Counted from the first letter of the stretch, positions 9,544 through 20,086 are shown. The stretch is DNA of 64,000 nucleotides from an uncultured virus (IMG/VR IMGVR_UViG_3300031133_000402) (IMGVR_UViG_3300031133_000402); one strand, 5' to 3'. A program made the numbers and translations. The notes: a model not told the origin generated them from the letters alone.

Positions 9544-10194
9544 TCAGGCGGAGATCCCGCCCGACACGTCGATTGCCCGCGCGTACCAGTCGTCGCGACG
9601 TCCGACCGCGTTGGCCGGATGCACGTCGTCCGGCTGGATGGCGTTGAGGATCGCGTACGCCGTCTCCTCGAAGAGCGCAGGCTTCATCCAGCCGATGACG
9701 ACGTGGTCGAACGACAGCGCGTTGTCGACGTCGACGTGCAGGATGATGCCGGGCTTCGCGTCGTAAGGCGGCTCGTGGCCCGGGAGCACGACGTGCATCG
9801 TGGTGGCGCCCTCGCCGTGGATGGCGCTGGTGATGCGCACGCGCCCCTTGGCGTGCACCGCGTCGATGATCGGCGCGAGCCATGCGAGCGACTGCAGGCC
9901 GCGCTCGTCGACGTAGGTGTAGCGCGTCTCGCCGTGCATCGCGACCTGGTTGGCGGACGTCGTCGGCAGGTCCTCCTTCTTCGGCGCGGCCGCCTTCTTG
10001 GCCGCCTTGGCCGGGGCCTTGCGCGCCGGCTTCTTCGCCGCTGCCTCGGGTGCGGGCGCGTCGGCCGCCACGGCCTCGGGGGCGACGGCGTCGCCGGTCT
10101 GCAGACGCAGCAGCGAGTCCGCCTTGCTGGGCTTCACGTCGCTGAGCTTGCCCTTGGGCTTCTTGGCGGTGGTCTTGACGGGTTTCGTGGCCAT
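9544..10194 (-). CDS. hypothetical protein with Lys/Ala/Pro-rich histone-H1-like N-terminus
   Basis: AAAKKPARKAPAKAAKKAAAPKK low-complexity segment followed by a globular domain. Confidence 0.7.
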   Translation of the reverse strand: MATKPVKTTAKKPKGKLSDVKPSKADSLLRLQTGDAVAPEAVAADAPAPEAAAKKPARKAPAKAAKKAAAPKKEDLPTTSANQVAMHGETRYTYVDERGLQSLAWLAPIIDAVHAKGRVRITSAIHGEGATTMHVVLPGHEPPYDAKPGIILHVDVDNALSFDHVVIGWMKPALFEETAYAILNAIQPDDVHPANAVGRRDDWYARAIDVSGGISA

Positions 10195-10233
10195 GGTCCG
10201 TTTTTCCTGTCTCTGGGGGTGGTTGGTCGAAGT

Positions 10234-10932
10234 CTATGATGTCGGGTGCGATGCCTTCAAGTCGGCGCCGATCCCATGCGCGCGCCGCGCCGCGACCTGG
10301 CGGCTGAGCAACGTGAGCGCGTCCATCGTCGTGAAGGCGGGTACGTGGTCCGTGCGCAATCTCGTCCTGGCTCCCGGTCCCTTGTCCTCCACGGCGCGCT
10401 TCACGACCAGGCCGAGTTCGTCGAGCACGGGGTGCGAGACGATGTCGGCAAGCGGTCTGCCCACGCACGACGCCATCACCGTGGCCGGGAGGCGTGCGAC
10501 GACGACGCTGCCGTCGTCATGCCACGTGGCCCCCTCGGTGAACGCCACCGTGCTTCCATGATGGTCCGCGAGGTCGCTCCACGTGTCCAGCTGGATGGCG
10601 GCATCGCCGAGGGAGAACGTGCCCGCGCCGTTGCACCGCGCGATCCAGCAGACGACCAGCGGGTCTATGCCCATGTGCGCGACGAGGCGCGCGAACACCG
10701 TGTCGATGTCCGTGCCGGCGCGCGGCTCGCCCGTGCGCCGGTCCTTCATGATCGTCGGGAGGCAGGCCGATATCGCATCGGCGACCGCATCGTCGACGCC
10801 CCGCAGCAGATCGAGCAGGTGCGACTGGACGTCCGTCACCGTTCCGGTCGTGACGCCGAGGGGATCGAGACCGCCCTCCGCCTGCTTGATCAGCTTCGCG
10901 ATGGTCCAGTCGGACATTGCATCGGTCTTCAT
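10234..10932 (-). CDS. GRPL-domain family protein (subtype A)
   Basis: LDPLGV...LVAHMGIDPLVVCWIAR...LPATVMASCVGRPLADIVSHPVLD. Confidence 0.75.
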   Translation of the reverse strand: MKTDAMSDWTIAKLIKQAEGGLDPLGVTTGTVTDVQSHLLDLLRGVDDAVADAISACLPTIMKDRRTGEPRAGTDIDTVFARLVAHMGIDPLVVCWIARCNGAGTFSLGDAAIQLDTWSDLADHHGSTVAFTEGATWHDDGSVVVARLPATVMASCVGRPLADIVSHPVLDELGLVVKRAVEDKGPGARTRLRTDHVPAFTTMDALTLLSRQVAARRAHGIGADLKASHPTS

Positions 10933-10997
10933 GATGCACTCCCTTCGTGCCTGGCTGACGGCGTATTCACGCGTCCGACGTTCGGCGTCCAAGTCGC

Positions 10998-11939
10998 CTA
11001 GCCGGTAATCTGTCCGATCGTCATTTCGCCGATGTCTTCGATCCGGATCAGATCCGGCTTCAAGTCGACCTGGGTGATTTGCCCCTCCTGATGGACGCAT
11101 GTGATCACGCGGTTCGCCATGAGCTTCGCGAATCCCTTCCCCGCCGCTCCGGCCACATCCACCAAGGCTGAGAACCGCTGTCCGCGGGATGCGAGACGCA
11201 GCGTTTCTGGCATCGTGATGCCGCAGATGATTATGGACGACCCCCGCACCTGCATACCTTTCGTGTCGTCCATCCAATGCGTCAGCGTGATCTGTCGAAG
11301 GAGTTCGCCATCCATGCGTACCTCCCGGATCCTCATCCCGTTCTCGTCCGTGACATCCGGCATGCCCGTGTCGCATCCGTTCTTGATCACATCCTTCACG
11401 GCCTCTGCCGCCTTGCCGTTTACAGCCAGGCGCAGTCGATCTGCTCTGATTTTCTCTTCATATGGCCCGGGCGTCTCGTGCCGTCCTTCATATCGCGCCA
11501 TGGCCCATATCAGCATGCGATCCACTGCGAGATGGAGGCATGACGTGCCCATATCGGTCAGCGGCAACGGAAGCGGGGTGCCCATTGTCGCCATTGCCTC
11601 GGCTGAGCGCTCCCGTTGACGACCGATGCGCGTCCCGAATCTGGCGATCAGCGCCTCTCCGAGCCTTTCGGGGTCGGAATTGGAGATGTCGACCTTTTCC
11701 TTCCACTCCATGACGCTCGCATGCAGGGACGGCCCCCAGCCCCGGATGCCGAGTTTGACGGTCCTCCTGCCCGATCGGTCAGTCTTTGCGCCGGTGGTCA
11801 GCGTTCCCATCGAGCATCCGGGGATGCCGCCGATGTGCGTCGCCAGCGTCCCGAACCCGATGACCTGGTTCTGTGGCATGAGGGGCTTGTGGATGCGCCG
11901 CGTGACCTTGGCGTCCTTTGATCCCAGTACATCCGTCAT
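10998..11939 (-). CDS. GRPL-domain family protein (subtype B), lower GC
   Basis: IPGC...GWGPSLH...HLAVDR...MPETLRLASRGQRFSALVDV; paralogous to 13530-14396. Confidence 0.7.
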   Translation of the reverse strand: MTDVLGSKDAKVTRRIHKPLMPQNQVIGFGTLATHIGGIPGCSMGTLTTGAKTDRSGRRTVKLGIRGWGPSLHASVMEWKEKVDISNSDPERLGEALIARFGTRIGRQRERSAEAMATMGTPLPLPLTDMGTSCLHLAVDRMLIWAMARYEGRHETPGPYEEKIRADRLRLAVNGKAAEAVKDVIKNGCDTGMPDVTDENGMRIREVRMDGELLRQITLTHWMDDTKGMQVRGSSIIICGITMPETLRLASRGQRFSALVDVAGAAGKGFAKLMANRVITCVHQEGQITQVDLKPDLIRIEDIGEMTIGQITG

Positions 11940-12658
11940 CCGGGTCTCCTGCGTGTTGTCTTTACGCCGTCTGGATTTTCCGACATCCGCCGCTTGTGCA
12001 GTCGCGCGCTGAGGTCGATCAGATCTTCGAGCGAGGCGCTGTCGAAGCCGACATCCACGCTGATGTGCGTCCACGTCATGCGCGGCCCGCCACGGCTCGC
12101 GTTCGTCATCGTCAGATCCATCCCGTCCAGCGCCGGATGCGCGACGACGTTGCGCAGGGGTCGTCCGGCGCAGGTCGCCATGACCGTTTCGGGCAGCCGT
12201 GGCACGATCAGGCTGCCGTTGGGCCACCACGTGACGCCGTTCTCCAGCCTGATGCTCGTGCCGGTCATCGTGGTCGACAGGTCGTCCCACACCCGCACGG
12301 TGAACTCGCCCGCGCCGCGCCTTGCGTCGAGCGGAAACGAGGCGTCGCCGGCGCATCGCGCGATCCAGGACATCGTCAGCGGGTCCCCGCCTTCGTGGGC
12401 CAGCAGGCGCGCGGTCACGAAGTCGATGTCGCAGCTCCGGCCGTTGTGGCCCGTGTTCGGATCGTCTGTGAGTCTCGCGAGCTCGTCGGCGATGCGCGGC
12501 CGCTGCTCGTCGTTGGCGCCGCATGCCGCCGCCCGCACCGCCGGCAATGCGGCTGGCACTTCGACGCCGGTGCCCAGACGCAGGGGGTCGTTGCCCTCGT
12601 TCGCCCGGTGGACGACCTGCCGCACGATGAACGCGGGCACCACCGGCCGCTGCATCAT
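11936..12658 (-). CDS. GRPL-domain family protein (subtype A)
   Basis: NDPLRL...LLAHEGGDPLTMSWIAR...LPETVMATCAGRPLRNVVAHPALD. Confidence 0.75.
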   Translation of the reverse strand: MMQRPVVPAFIVRQVVHRANEGNDPLRLGTGVEVPAALPAVRAAACGANDEQRPRIADELARLTDDPNTGHNGRSCDIDFVTARLLAHEGGDPLTMSWIARCAGDASFPLDARRGAGEFTVRVWDDLSTTMTGTSIRLENGVTWWPNGSLIVPRLPETVMATCAGRPLRNVVAHPALDGMDLTMTNASRGGPRMTWTHISVDVGFDSASLEDLIDLSARLHKRRMSENPDGVKTTRRRPG

Positions 12659-12701
12659 GGTCCGGGTCTCCGGAGGGTCGCGCCGAGGTCGGGGATTTGC
12701 A

Positions 12702-13367
12702 TCAGCCCTTCGCTCCGACGATCCGGATCTCGTGCGCGTCGAGCCGGCGCTCCTGCTCCTCGCACCAGGCTTCGTATTCGGCTTCGGCCTTCAGCATGAG
12801 CTTGCCGAGCTGGGCGGTGGAGTGGCTGCCGAACGACACGTCGCAGGCGCCGTGGCAGCGCGGCGTGGCGAGCTTCGCGAAGAACATCCACGAGCGGTCG
12901 TCGTATCCGTGTCCGCAGTTGCCGATGTAGCCGAAGCTCAGGCCGAGGCGAGGATGCGCGACCTTCATGCGCTCCATGAGCGCGCGGCACCGATCGTGCG
13001 CCGTGCCGTCGAACGTCGCCGCGCGCGCTCGGCGGCAGTCGGTCAGGTGCTCGTCGATCGCACGGCACAGCCCCTCGGGCGTCCCGTCGGTGCCGACCGT
13101 GACGTCGTGGCGCAGCGACCAGGGGCTCCGCGTGCGCGAGACGGCGTGGTCATGGATCGATGGCAGGCCCGGCAGGCCGGATGTGGCCCAGGCGAGCATC
13201 GTCTCGGCCTTCATGCGCTCGAGCCGGTCGAGATTCGGCCACTCGTCGCGGATGGCGATCGCGGCGTCGAACAGCGTGTGGTAGCGGGTCGATGGACGGT
13301 CGCCGTGGAGCAGCTTGATGACGTCGCCGAACATGGTTTCCTCGGCGGCGATTGTATCTGTCGACAT
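12702..13367 (-). CDS. hypothetical protein
   Basis: Start MSTDTIAAEE; protein-like composition (LSFGYIGNCG...W.FF). Confidence 0.6.
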   Translation of the reverse strand: MSTDTIAAEETMFGDVIKLLHGDRPSTRYHTLFDAAIAIRDEWPNLDRLERMKAETMLAWATSGLPGLPSIHDHAVSRTRSPWSLRHDVTVGTDGTPEGLCRAIDEHLTDCRRARAATFDGTAHDRCRALMERMKVAHPRLGLSFGYIGNCGHGYDDRSWMFFAKLATPRCHGACDVSFGSHSTAQLGKLMLKAEAEYEAWCEEQERRLDAHEIRIVGAKG

Positions 13368-13529
13368 TTTTTCCGGTCTCCCTGGGGAATCTTTCCAATC
13401 CATGCAACCAGATGGGCCGATGGCGGTTGTGCATGTGAGCGCGCGGTCACCAGGTGCGCGTCGAAGGCGTCGCGAGCACGACGGGATCGACGATCGCACG
13501 GTGACCGCGCTCCTCCATCCCCGCCGACA

Positions 13530-14396
13530 TCACTTCATATCGCAGACCCTGACGTCGTCGGGCGTCAGCCAGACCACCAGATCGCCGTCGTCGTCGAAGA
13601 CGCGGTCGATGATCCGGTCGTTGAGCAGCGGATCGATCTCGATCAGGTCGCGCAAGTGCCGCTCGCGCAGGGCGGCCGCCGTGACGTCCGGGATGGTTGT
13701 TTCCGCGAAGGTCAGTTGCCGTCCCCTCATCGTGACCGCGCCGATGCCGGAAACCGTCCGCTTCGCCCTGCCGTTGGCCACGTCCACGGCTACGTCGGCG
13801 TAGGCGACGCCGCGATCCGTGAAGCGCAGGACGCGCACGTCCCCGTCGTCCATGTACATGAATCCGCCGTCCCGTGTGCTGGACGAGAAGCGCAGGATGT
13901 CCGCGACGCCCTGACTCAGGCGATCGACGATCAGTCCCTCGAGCGATCCCCCGTGCTCGATCGTCCTCTGGAGCATGAGGCCGATGGCCGACCGATCGAC
14001 GGTCAGATGTCGCACGACGGGGCGGTCGTGTGCGGCCAGGGGTGTCGAGCATCCCATGGCGATGGCGGCTTCCGCCCGGGCGGTCTGCCGCTCGAGATGG
14101 TTGCCGAAGGACACGCAGGCGCGCACGCCGCGCCACTTGTGCTTCGGACCCGCGGCCACGAGGGGCCAGTGCATCTCCGCCAGATGCAGGCTCGGCCCCC
14201 AGCCCTCCAGGTGGACGACCCAGCTGGTGGGAGTCTGCGTCTCCGCGAGCATCGGGTTCCGCCCGTGCCGCACCGCCGCCGCCATGCCGATGAGGCGGCA
14301 GCCGGGGATGGCGCCGATCGCCGAGTGGACGATGGCGCGCAAGGGTGCCGGAACGTCGCCGGCCTCGGCCAGCACGCCGGTGTTCGGGCCGCTCAC
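13530..14396 (-). CDS. GRPL-domain family protein (subtype B)
   Basis: GTG start in GTGA overlap; IPGC...GWGPSLH...HLTVDR...IPDVTAAALRERHLRDLIEIDPLL. Confidence 0.7.
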   Translation of the reverse strand: MSGPNTGVLAEAGDVPAPLRAIVHSAIGAIPGCRLIGMAAAVRHGRNPMLAETQTPTSWVVHLEGWGPSLHLAEMHWPLVAAGPKHKWRGVRACVSFGNHLERQTARAEAAIAMGCSTPLAAHDRPVVRHLTVDRSAIGLMLQRTIEHGGSLEGLIVDRLSQGVADILRFSSSTRDGGFMYMDDGDVRVLRFTDRGVAYADVAVDVANGRAKRTVSGIGAVTMRGRQLTFAETTIPDVTAAALRERHLRDLIEIDPLLNDRIIDRVFDDDGDLVVWLTPDDVRVCDMK

Positions 14397-15067
14397 GACG
14401 TCGCCGTTCCGGCCGTGCCGTCGATCACCTCGCGCAGCGACAGCTTGCGGAACGGGGGCGTGTCGAAGGATATGTACGGCGTCTCCTCGGGGCCGCTGCA
14501 CCCGGTGACGGGCATGTGCCACGCGTCCAGCACCGGATGCGACACGAGGTCCGAGAGCCGCGCCGCACCATGCTTCGAGATCGCGCCCTTCACGGCCTCG
14601 GGAACGTCGACGAAGATTGCCCGCCCCCGCGTCAGATCGACGTCGATCCCGCCGCAATGCGCAACGACGAGGCACAAGGTGTCGCAGGTTTCGTCCGGAG
14701 CCTCGATGGTCAGCAGGGGACGGCCGTCGCGCAGAACCGTCATGGGACCGTCCATTGGCGCGGCTATGCAGCACATGACGACGGGATCGAGCCCCGCGTG
14801 CATGATCAGCGCCAGACTCGGTTCGTCCAGCAGAGCCTGCCCGTCGAAGTGCAGATAGCGGTGGCGCAGCATATGGCGGGTGCTGCGTTCGCGCGCCTCG
14901 CTCTCGCCCCGCAGCACGGTCGTCATGTGCGGACCGAAGCCGCCGGCCTGGTGCAGACGATGCGCGTCGACGCCGTGACCGCGCGCGTGCTCGTGCACGC
15001 CGAACCGATCGCCTCGCGTCGTGGCGTTGATCAGACCGATCATCGAGCCCTCCTCGAGCGTCAGCAT
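14393..15067 (-). CDS. GRPL-domain family protein (subtype C)
   Basis: LIMHAGLDPVVMCCIAAPM...VPEAVKGAI...RLSDLVSHPVLD. Confidence 0.7.
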   Translation of the reverse strand: MLTLEEGSMIGLINATTRGDRFGVHEHARGHGVDAHRLHQAGGFGPHMTTVLRGESEARERSTRHMLRHRYLHFDGQALLDEPSLALIMHAGLDPVVMCCIAAPMDGPMTVLRDGRPLLTIEAPDETCDTLCLVVAHCGGIDVDLTRGRAIFVDVPEAVKGAISKHGAARLSDLVSHPVLDAWHMPVTGCSGPEETPYISFDTPPFRKLSLREVIDGTAGTATS

Positions 15068-15155
15068 GCCTGGTCTCCTTGCTGTGTCGGATGACGCGTC
15101 GGCCGAGGGCCGCCGCATTGATGGTGGTGCGGAAGCGCGAGGCGCTCCCGGGACG

Positions 15156-15359
15156 CTACATGGGCAACGGGTTCTGGTATCCGCCGTGGCGACGGATGTG
15201 CCCCTGCTCGTGCAGCTCCTGGTTGTGCGCGCGCGCTCGGGCGAGGCCGGCCTCCCGCGCATCCAGACGACGCCGCACGTGATCGCCGCCTTCGGCTTGC
15301 TGGATGGGATCGACGTCGGCCACGTTCGCGTCGGCCTTGCATGGGTGAGTCATCTGCAT
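15156..15359 (-). CDS. small hypothetical protein
   Basis: AAGGAG RBS directly upstream. Confidence 0.45.
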   Translation of the reverse strand: MQMTHPCKADANVADVDPIQQAEGGDHVRRRLDAREAGLARARAHNQELHEQGHIRRHGGYQNPLPM

Positions 15360-15390
15360 CTCCTTTTCGGGTTGGGTGCACCGTCACGCG

Positions 15391-16212
15391 TCAGCGCGGC
15401 GGCATGGGAATGGACAGGCAGTCGGGATCGACGTCGCGCGGCAGAGGTGCGGCGCAGATCCACTCCGCCGGCTTCAGCATGAGGATCGTCGTCTTCGGCT
15501 GGGAATTGACGTGCGTGATCTCGACGTCGCCGACGGCGGCGGCGATGCGGTCCGTCATGGGCGGCATTTCCACCACGTCGACCAGTCTGCGGCCCGGCAG
15601 TTCGGCGAGCACCGTCTCCGGCAGGACGACGCCGACGTTCACGGTCGACCAGATTCCGTCGGCCTGCCCCTGGTGGCGATGCGTGCTGAACGCGAACCTC
15701 GAAGGCATGTAGCCCTCGGAGGTGGCGCATTGCCCCGATGCCGACATCTCGTCGACCGAGAGCGTCGAATGCTTCAGTTCGAACGCCCGCACGTCGCGCG
15801 ATCCGACGATCCGCGGGGCGTGCATCCAGCCGCCGTCCGGGCCGTGCAGGTCGAGCAGCGCGAGCGCGTAGGGATGGCAGGCCACACCCCAGGCCGGCGT
15901 CCGCGGAATGCCCATCGTCTGACGACCGTTGCTCTTCAGCCAGCGTCCCGCCTCCCGCAGCACCATGTTGTCGCGCAACGCGATCTGGACGTCGTCGGAC
16001 AGCTTGCCGACCGCGATGTCGAGCAGCGGGTCCTCTCTGAGCGGCAGCTTCACGGAAGGGAACTCGGTGGATCCCACCCGCATGAAGTCGCTGGGCGAGT
16101 AGCGGTGACGTCCGATGGCGAGGCGCACCGCTACGGGTATGCCCCGCCTGTCGAGCTCGTCGCGGACGAGGCGCAGGGTCTCGTCCGGCGACAGGGTCTC
16201 AGTCGATGCCAT
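15391..16212 (-). CDS. GRPL-domain family protein (long N-terminal subtype)
   Basis: LPETVLAELPGRRLVDVVEMP; P.W.V..HP..L..L segment shared with 3766-4629. Confidence 0.7.
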   Translation of the reverse strand: MASTETLSPDETLRLVRDELDRRGIPVAVRLAIGRHRYSPSDFMRVGSTEFPSVKLPLREDPLLDIAVGKLSDDVQIALRDNMVLREAGRWLKSNGRQTMGIPRTPAWGVACHPYALALLDLHGPDGGWMHAPRIVGSRDVRAFELKHSTLSVDEMSASGQCATSEGYMPSRFAFSTHRHQGQADGIWSTVNVGVVLPETVLAELPGRRLVDVVEMPPMTDRIAAAVGDVEITHVNSQPKTTILMLKPAEWICAAPLPRDVDPDCLSIPMPPR

Positions 16213-16876
16213 GGGCGGTCTCCACTGGATGCGTGTGCACGGGTCGGATCGCCATGATCTGGGCGATGTCGAGTGGCGTGCGGTCGGCGTTCGTCGTCAG
16301 CACCTGGTGCAGCCCGGTGTCCTCGATGCCGGTGATCTCCAGGTCGTAGCGGTCGAGCACGGGATGGGTGACCACGTCGCGCAGCGGCCGACCGACCGCC
16401 GCTACGAGCGTGGTCGACGGAAGATGGCTCAGGACCAGGCTTCCCCCGGTCTCCCAGGAGACGCCCTCGGCCACCCACACCCGCCCGAGCGGATTGCGGC
16501 CGTCCGGGGGTTCGGAGCAGTCGACGTACACCGCCATCTCGTCGGTCGCGCCGTCCTGGATCGTCACGTCGTCCTCGATCCAGTATGCCATCGCGCATGC
16601 GGTCGCCGGGTCGCAGCAGCCGTGCGCCACGATCTCGGCCGTGATGCGGTCCATGGTCAGCGTGTGGCGAAGGCCCAGCATCTCCTCGATTCGGGACCGG
16701 AAGCGATCGTCCGAGCCCTCCAGCATCTCCGAGAGCATCTCGGATGCGTCCTCCAGGAACGAGGCGTCGCCGGGCTCGACGCCCATGTCGTCGGCGAGCA
16801 CCAGCAGGTCCAGCCGGTCGTCGTGGTGGCTGCGTTCGATGAGCGCCTCGAGCGCGGTGCGGTCGACCTTCAGCAT
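16199..16876 (-). CDS. GRPL-domain family protein (subtype A)
   Basis: DRITAEIVAHGCCDP...LPSTTLVAAVGRPLRDVVTHPVLD. Confidence 0.75.
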   Translation of the reverse strand: MLKVDRTALEALIERSHHDDRLDLLVLADDMGVEPGDASFLEDASEMLSEMLEGSDDRFRSRIEEMLGLRHTLTMDRITAEIVAHGCCDPATACAMAYWIEDDVTIQDGATDEMAVYVDCSEPPDGRNPLGRVWVAEGVSWETGGSLVLSHLPSTTLVAAVGRPLRDVVTHPVLDRYDLEITGIEDTGLHQVLTTNADRTPLDIAQIMAIRPVHTHPVETAHGID

Positions 16877-17005
16877 GTCTCTCTCCCCTGCCGTCCCGTC
16901 GGGACGATTTTTCCCCTGCCTCGCAGGATCACGCTCATGCCTTCCAGGAACGTGAAGAGAACGACGTGGGAGGGAGTGCCTTCCACGTCGTTGCATCGGC
17001 TTGGC

Positions 17006-17305
17006 TCAGTTCCGGCCGCGGCTCATGCGCGCGACGACTTCGTCGAACGCCTCGTAGATCGTCCGATGCCGCTCGCCGTCGCGCATGGCGCCGGTCTGGT
17101 CGGCGACGCTGCCGACGTACCAGCCGCCCTCGATGAAGCACACCATGGCCAACGGCCTTCCCGCTTCGGTCTCCCCGTCGCGGTGGATGGTGATGCGGTC
17201 GCCGCCGGTGTCCTCGGGCAGGTCGTGCCGAGCCTCGAGACCGAGCTCGTCGAGCGTCGGCAGGATCTCGGCCCAGCGGCGGAGGATGACGGGATCGTAT
17301 GCCAT
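17006..17305 (-). CDS. hypothetical protein
   Basis: 99-aa ORF with AAGGA RBS. Confidence 0.55.
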   Translation of the reverse strand: MAYDPVILRRWAEILPTLDELGLEARHDLPEDTGGDRITIHRDGETEAGRPLAMVCFIEGGWYVGSVADQTGAMRDGERHRTIYEAFDEVVARMSRGRN

Positions 17306-17340
17306 TTCGCAAATCCTTGTCTGGGTGGGGTGTCGTGGTG

Positions 17341-18135
17341 TCAGATGTCGTCGCGATCAGGTGTCATCCATGGCGGCTGCAGCATCTCCCTGGGTCTCGC
17401 GCGGTAGGGGAAGGCGCGCCATCTGGCGTAGGCGATGCCGGCGCATGCGCTGGACGCCAGCGGCAGTGCGAGCATCACCATGACCCCGAGCATGCCGAGC
17501 GTGTTCATCGTCTCGGGGCTCAGGCGCATGGTGAGGATGATGCCGATGATCCATGCCAGCAGGAAGGCGGAGGTGGCGAACAGCGCCGTCACCATGCTGA
17601 ATCCGAACGGCCCTCCGCACGGGAGATTCGAGCGCGCATCGCGACGGCGTGCGCCGTGCCGCAGCCGCAGCCAGACGAGAACGTCGGTGACCCGGTCGAC
17701 CGCGATTCGAGCCGTCGTCGTCATTCGCAGGCGTCGCGTGACGCCGGGAAGCGCCGCGATGCCGATCGTCCGCGCGTCCATCCTGATGACGGCATGTCCA
17801 TCGTCGTCGATCTCGGTCCCGTCGATCCGCCGACCGTGCGCGACCGGATGATCCACCACGTCGCCCGCGGGTCTTCCGATCATGGCGTCGAGCACCGTGT
17901 CGGGCAGACGCTGCCCGGTGTCTATGGAGCGACCGCACCACACCGCGTCTCCGGTCGTGAAGGGGGAGACGATCGCCAGTGGCGTGCTGAAGCAATCGCC
18001 CCCGGGCGTGTGGCTGGCTATAAGCAGGGCCCGTTGGCCGGTGTACGAGTGGATCGATCGTCTCAGCAGGCGGTATGCGCGGCCGGTGCCATTGGGGTCC
18101 AGCAGCATCGGCAGCGAAGGATCGACTTCGGTCAT
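17341..18135 (-). CDS. GRPL-domain family protein with C-terminal transmembrane helices
   Basis: LPDTVLDAMIGRPAGDVVDHPVA followed by two hydrophobic helices. Confidence 0.7.
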   Translation of the reverse strand: MTEVDPSLPMLLDPNGTGRAYRLLRRSIHSYTGQRALLIASHTPGGDCFSTPLAIVSPFTTGDAVWCGRSIDTGQRLPDTVLDAMIGRPAGDVVDHPVAHGRRIDGTEIDDDGHAVIRMDARTIGIAALPGVTRRLRMTTTARIAVDRVTDVLVWLRLRHGARRRDARSNLPCGGPFGFSMVTALFATSAFLLAWIIGIILTMRLSPETMNTLGMLGVMVMLALPLASSACAGIAYARWRAFPYRARPREMLQPPWMTPDRDDI

Positions 18136-18201
18136 GCCTTTTCCCCCGTCATCGCGGATTCCACCTCCGCACTACGCCTTCGGGCCGCAGCCGGGCACCC
18201 G

Positions 18202-19407
18202 TCAGTCCCGCGCGTGCTTCGTTTCGAGATAGCGTCGCCCGTTCGCCAACTCGTCGCGCAGCATGGCGCTGCGTAGCGCGATGGCGGTCTCGAGTCTCGC
18301 GGACAGGATGTCGCAGCTCTCCGAGAAGTCGCGGTCGATCTGCGCGACGTCGGCCGCGACCGCGTGCCGCCGCGCCATGCGCCAGCGCGATTCGATGTCG
18401 TCGACGTCGTGTCCGCAGGCGGCGTCCGCGTCCATGGCCATCGTCTCGTCGATCAGACGCGGACCGTTGATCCAGACGCGCCCGAGGCGCCGTACCTTCT
18501 GCGCAGGGGACCCCGCGTCGGCCTCGTCGCCGGATTCGACGATCGGCGTCAAGGCGTCGGCGTATGGGGTGGACTCGTCGACCGTCCCGGTGTCGGCCGC
18601 CTGCCAATGCGGAATGGCGTCCCCGTCAGGTGCGAAGCCCGCGGGGTCCAGGCCGAGATCCACCGCCATCGTCGCGATCGTCCGGATCACCGGGCACAGG
18701 AACACGACGAATTCGTGGTATTTCGCGCCGCCTCGGGCACGTAGACGATCGATTACCCGCGGAGCGTTGTGCTCGAGATCACGCGCACGTGCCTCCATGC
18801 TCTCCGCCGGGGCCAGTGCATCGTTCGGACCCACCATTCCGGACGGCCTGGTTCCCGTCATCGCCGTGATGACTGCGTCGGATTCGTCCAGCATGCGCTG
18901 CAGCGCTGGCCTGTTCTGGGGTTCGAGACCCGAGCGTGCGGCCTCGACGAGCGCGTCGATGAGCCTTTCGACCACGGTCGGATCCATGCCCGAAGGCAAC
19001 GCCAGGGTCCGACGATCGTATTTGCCGAGATCCATCGCGATGGTCAGGTTGATGCCGATCGAGCCGAAGAACATGGCGACGACGAATCCAAGCATGACGG
19101 ACGCCAGCGTCATGCCGATGCTCGCTCCCGCTTGCAAGGTGAGCAGGAAGCCGATCATCGGGCAGATCCAGAAGGGCCAGAACGTCATCGCGCGGGCGAT
19201 CCGCGTGCCCCTGTGCGACCGGCGGATCGCCTTCGCGTTGTTGGGATCGTGGGCGACCGCCGCGTCGATCTGCTCGAACGGATACATCGGTTCCCTGGGC
19301 CGCTTCTTGCGGACGCGCTTCTTCGGAGGCTTCGGCGTTGCTCCGACGGCGGCCACCGTCAGGGAGTTCGCGTAAGTGGTCGCAGTTTCGGGTGCATGTT
19401 TTGCCAC
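18202..19407 (-). CDS. membrane protein with XpaC-like helical C-terminus (family D)
   Basis: Two TM helices, ends DELANGRRYLETKH; start uncertain (GTG 19407 or ATG 19287). Confidence 0.6.
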   Translation of the reverse strand: MAKHAPETATTYANSLTVAAVGATPKPPKKRVRKKRPREPMYPFEQIDAAVAHDPNNAKAIRRSHRGTRIARAMTFWPFWICPMIGFLLTLQAGASIGMTLASVMLGFVVAMFFGSIGINLTIAMDLGKYDRRTLALPSGMDPTVVERLIDALVEAARSGLEPQNRPALQRMLDESDAVITAMTGTRPSGMVGPNDALAPAESMEARARDLEHNAPRVIDRLRARGGAKYHEFVVFLCPVIRTIATMAVDLGLDPAGFAPDGDAIPHWQAADTGTVDESTPYADALTPIVESGDEADAGSPAQKVRRLGRVWINGPRLIDETMAMDADAACGHDVDDIESRWRMARRHAVAADVAQIDRDFSESCDILSARLETAIALRSAMLRDELANGRRYLETKHARD

Positions 19408-19432
19408 GGAGGTGGTCCTTGCATTTGACGTA

Positions 19433-20086
19433 TTATTCGGTGACGGTCCCAGGCGCGGGAGGGAACGTGAACGGATCGTCGATCCTGTTCTCGCACCACA
19501 GCTCGTATCCCTCGGGAAGGTAGGCCCACATCGCTCCCGGCGCGTCGCGCCATGCCTCCTCGATGCCGTCGTGATCGAGCACCTCCGTTCCGGTCCAGTA
19601 GCCGATTGTCGCGCCGCTGCCGTCCTCGAACAGCGTGACGACGCGTCGACCCTCTTCGGGCCGTGCGGCGTCCGACCAGTGCCATGGCGACGGCGCGCGC
19701 CGGTCCTGCAGTGCCGCGATGGCCGCGCGCAACGTTTCGGCGTGACCGCCCAGCGCGTGGACGAAGCCGTTCCTGTCGATGCCGTCCGCGAAGTCGCCGA
19801 GATCGGCGACGATGTCGTCCACGGGAACCGCCGCTTCCGCAGCGCTGGCATCGACTGCGGCGGTCTCCTGCGCGGAGTCATCGCCCTTGCTCGTGATGCC
19901 GAGCAGCGTGCAGATCAGATCCGCGACCGAATCGATGACGCCGTCCACGGGCACCTGGTGGTCCACGTTTCCGTACCGGTCCTTGTCCCAGTCGCGCGGC
20001 CATCCGACGAAGCGGTCCGTCAGTTGGCGGTCCACCATCGCGATGACCTCGTCGCGCGTGGTGGGCCTGGTGGCTGCTTCGGTCAT
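19433..20086 (-). CDS. hypothetical protein (phage-like)
   Basis: Start MTEAATRP, ATGA overlap; W...RPEEGRRV...WAYLP motif. Confidence 0.6.
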   Translation of the reverse strand: MTEAATRPTTRDEVIAMVDRQLTDRFVGWPRDWDKDRYGNVDHQVPVDGVIDSVADLICTLLGITSKGDDSAQETAAVDASAAEAAVPVDDIVADLGDFADGIDRNGFVHALGGHAETLRAAIAALQDRRAPSPWHWSDAARPEEGRRVVTLFEDGSGATIGYWTGTEVLDHDGIEEAWRDAPGAMWAYLPEGYELWCENRIDDPFTFPPAPGTVTE

